Below are positions 55,128 through 64,000 of a stretch of DNA of 64,000 nt, piece after piece (positions within the stretch are counted from its first letter, which is position 1; each line of letters opens with the position of its first letter). Position numbers and translations under genes: made by a program. The DNA comes from the human T2T-CHM13v2.0 reference genome, Homo sapiens, in NCBI RefSeq assembly GCF_009914755.1, contig NC_060940.1; one strand, written 5' to 3'. The notes under the pieces are model-generated. The model was not told where the DNA came from, ran no database searches, and worked only from the letters and a program-made list of their open reading frames with translations.

Positions 55128-56239
55128 GGATGGTCATCAGTATCCTGACTTCTCTTTTGCTTGAGCTCCTGGATGGTATCTGGTGTTTGTAGTTTGTAGA
55201 TTTCATTTTCATCAAAGCTAATTGTTCCTTCTACTTTAGAAGTCTGAGCAATATGCCTTCAGTGGCCAACTGGAAACTTGTGTTTTAAAACTTCATTGGA
55301 CTATCTATTTATTGCTGTGATGAAATTATGTCACAAAAACCCATGTACTCATCGTGGAACACGGAAGCATGATGGGTACCACCCGAATGGAGGGGATGCA
55401 GTGTGGATGGGAACCTCTGGCCTCCCTGAATGTGTTGACTTCAGGACTCGCTGCCGGTCCTGCAGCCGATCCTGCAATGCTTGCTTTCTTGCTTTAGGAA
55501 CGCTCATTTCTGCCTTTCTGTTGTAATTGATGCCAATAGCTGCCAGTCCTAAAACACATCCTGCAGTGCTTGCTTTCTTGGTTTAGGAATGCTCATTTCT
55601 GCCTTTCTGTTGTAATTGATGCCAATAGCTGCCAGTCCTAAAACACATCCTGCAGTGCTTGCTTTCTTGCTTTAGGAACGCTCATTTCTGCCTTTCTGCT
55701 GTAATTGAAGCCAATAGCTGCCAGTCCTGCAATGCATCCTGCAGTGCTTGCTTTCTTGCTTTAGGAATGCTCATTTCTGCCTTTCTGTTGTAATTGATGC
55801 CAATAGCTGCCAGTCCTAAAACGCATCCTGCAGTGCTTGCTTTCTTGCTTTAGGAACGCTCATTTCTGCCTTTCTGTTGTAATTGATGCCAATAGCTGCC
55901 GGTCCTGCAACCGATCCTGCAGTGCTTGCTTTCTTGCTTCAGGAACGCTCATTTCTGCCTTTCTGTTGTAATTGATGCCAATAACTTGTAGTTTGCTGCC
56001 ATATCTGAAGCTCTGATGCTTCCTACGTATCTCCGAGGTCACTACAAAGATTTTGAAGTCCCTCATTCTCTGATATTAAGAATTTCATACTGGCTTCAGT
56101 CTCCTTTATCTCACCGTTAGGGAACTCTTCCCCTTTTCTGTGCCATTTATGAGCACACTTGAGATGTGGCCACATTGCTGCCCACTTGCTCCAAGGAACA
56201 GCTTAAGCCAGAGTCAAGGCCACCAAACCAGGAAGACAT
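55128..56239 (-). pseudogene. Second TRIP11 processed pseudogene fragment (N-terminal part)
   Basis: Minus-strand ATG at 56239: MSSWFGGLDSGLSCSLEQVG..ISENEGLQNLCSDL..EASELQIWQQTTSYWHQLQQK vs TRIP11 [55 protein letters not shown]. Confidence 0.9.
55450..55983. repeat. Minisatellite, 6 x 89 bp
   Basis: ATCCTGCA recurs at 55469, 55558, 55647, 55736, 55825, 55914. Confidence 0.97.
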
Positions 56240-56959
56240 CCCTATTGTTCATAGAAGTCATCTGGTTGGCTCCAAGTAAAACATCCAGCGCAGTTGGATC
56301 TGACTTTAGTCTGGAGGTCCTGTCTCTAAAACAAAGGAGAGAAACTCGCAATGAGATGCTTCTAGGCAGCGCCTGCTCAGAGGCCCACCCAGGGTAGGGC
56401 ACTGCCGGGAAACGCAGAGGCCTGGCCTAGAGCCTCATTAGGGCTGGTCTTCGGTGACAGCCCTAATAACAGGGCAGGCCTCTGTTCTTCCCTACACCTT
56501 CCTCATCTCTGGGTTGGCCTCGTCTCCCTCTGCATTAGTGATTTTCCCCAGCGCCATGCGTGGCTCCTGCCAGCCTGATGCTGGCCACCAGGACACCGGC
56601 TCCAAAACAGCCACCCCCAAATGCCTTTTCCTGAGTGTGCATGAGTGCGTGTGTCAGGGAGAATGCTCATACCCTTCAGTTTTTTACCAAGTGGTAACAT
56701 ACAGTACCTATGTATCCTGCAGCTTGTGGTTTTCACACAATTGCTTTTTTAAATGCAGGTAAAAATTATACAGTGAAACACATTCATCTTGAGTACAAAT
56801 CAGTGGGTTATGACAAATGTCTGCATCTGTGCCTAAGCAGTACCCTGAGGAGGACACTGAACGTTTCCATCATCCAAAAAGTTCCCCATGCTGTTTGCCA
56901 TTCGCCCTCACCCTCCGGCCCCAGCAAGCCCTGTTGAGTCTCATCGGAGTTCCTTCCTC

Positions 56960-64000
<7,041 letters not shown>

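Noticed and set aside
55450-55983. Repeat with variable patches resembling a CRISPR array
   Set aside because: Primate DNA, 89-bp period, variable parts are related variants rather than unique spacers, no cas genes; the unit is TRIP11-derived.

Overview
Primate (human-like) genomic DNA, very Alu-rich, with no intact protein-coding gene; nearly all ORF-track entries are Alu or other repeat translations. The gene fossils I recognise are: (1) a degenerate processed TRIP11/GMAP-210 copy on + (1-5487), broken by Alus; (2) an unprocessed partial duplicate of LCMT1, with a CpG-rich promoter and exon 1 at ~15.1-15.6 kb and exon 2 at 41611-41702; (3) an SCML2 processed pseudogene on + (53170-54170); (4) a second TRIP11 fragment on - (55128-56239) containing a 6 x 89-bp minisatellite. 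There is also a CpG-island promoter at ~50.3-50.9 kb, a solo LTR12, Tigger3- and Tc2/Kanga-like DNA transposon fossils, L1/L2/MIR/MaLR pieces and a MER4-group ERV1 at the right end. From recall, not a search, this fits human 16p12.1 between ARHGAP17 and LCMT1. The main unexplained structure is a set of inverted homology blocks in nested order (1-290 vs 55.1-55.4 kb; 13.1-13.7 vs 50.0-50.3 kb; 21.0-23.0 vs 45.4-48.1 kb). These look like an old inverted duplication carrying short near-identical tracts suggestive of gene conversion, plus a local template-switch inversion. Repeat boundaries and subfamily names were judged by eye, and protein comparisons use reference sequences as I remember them.
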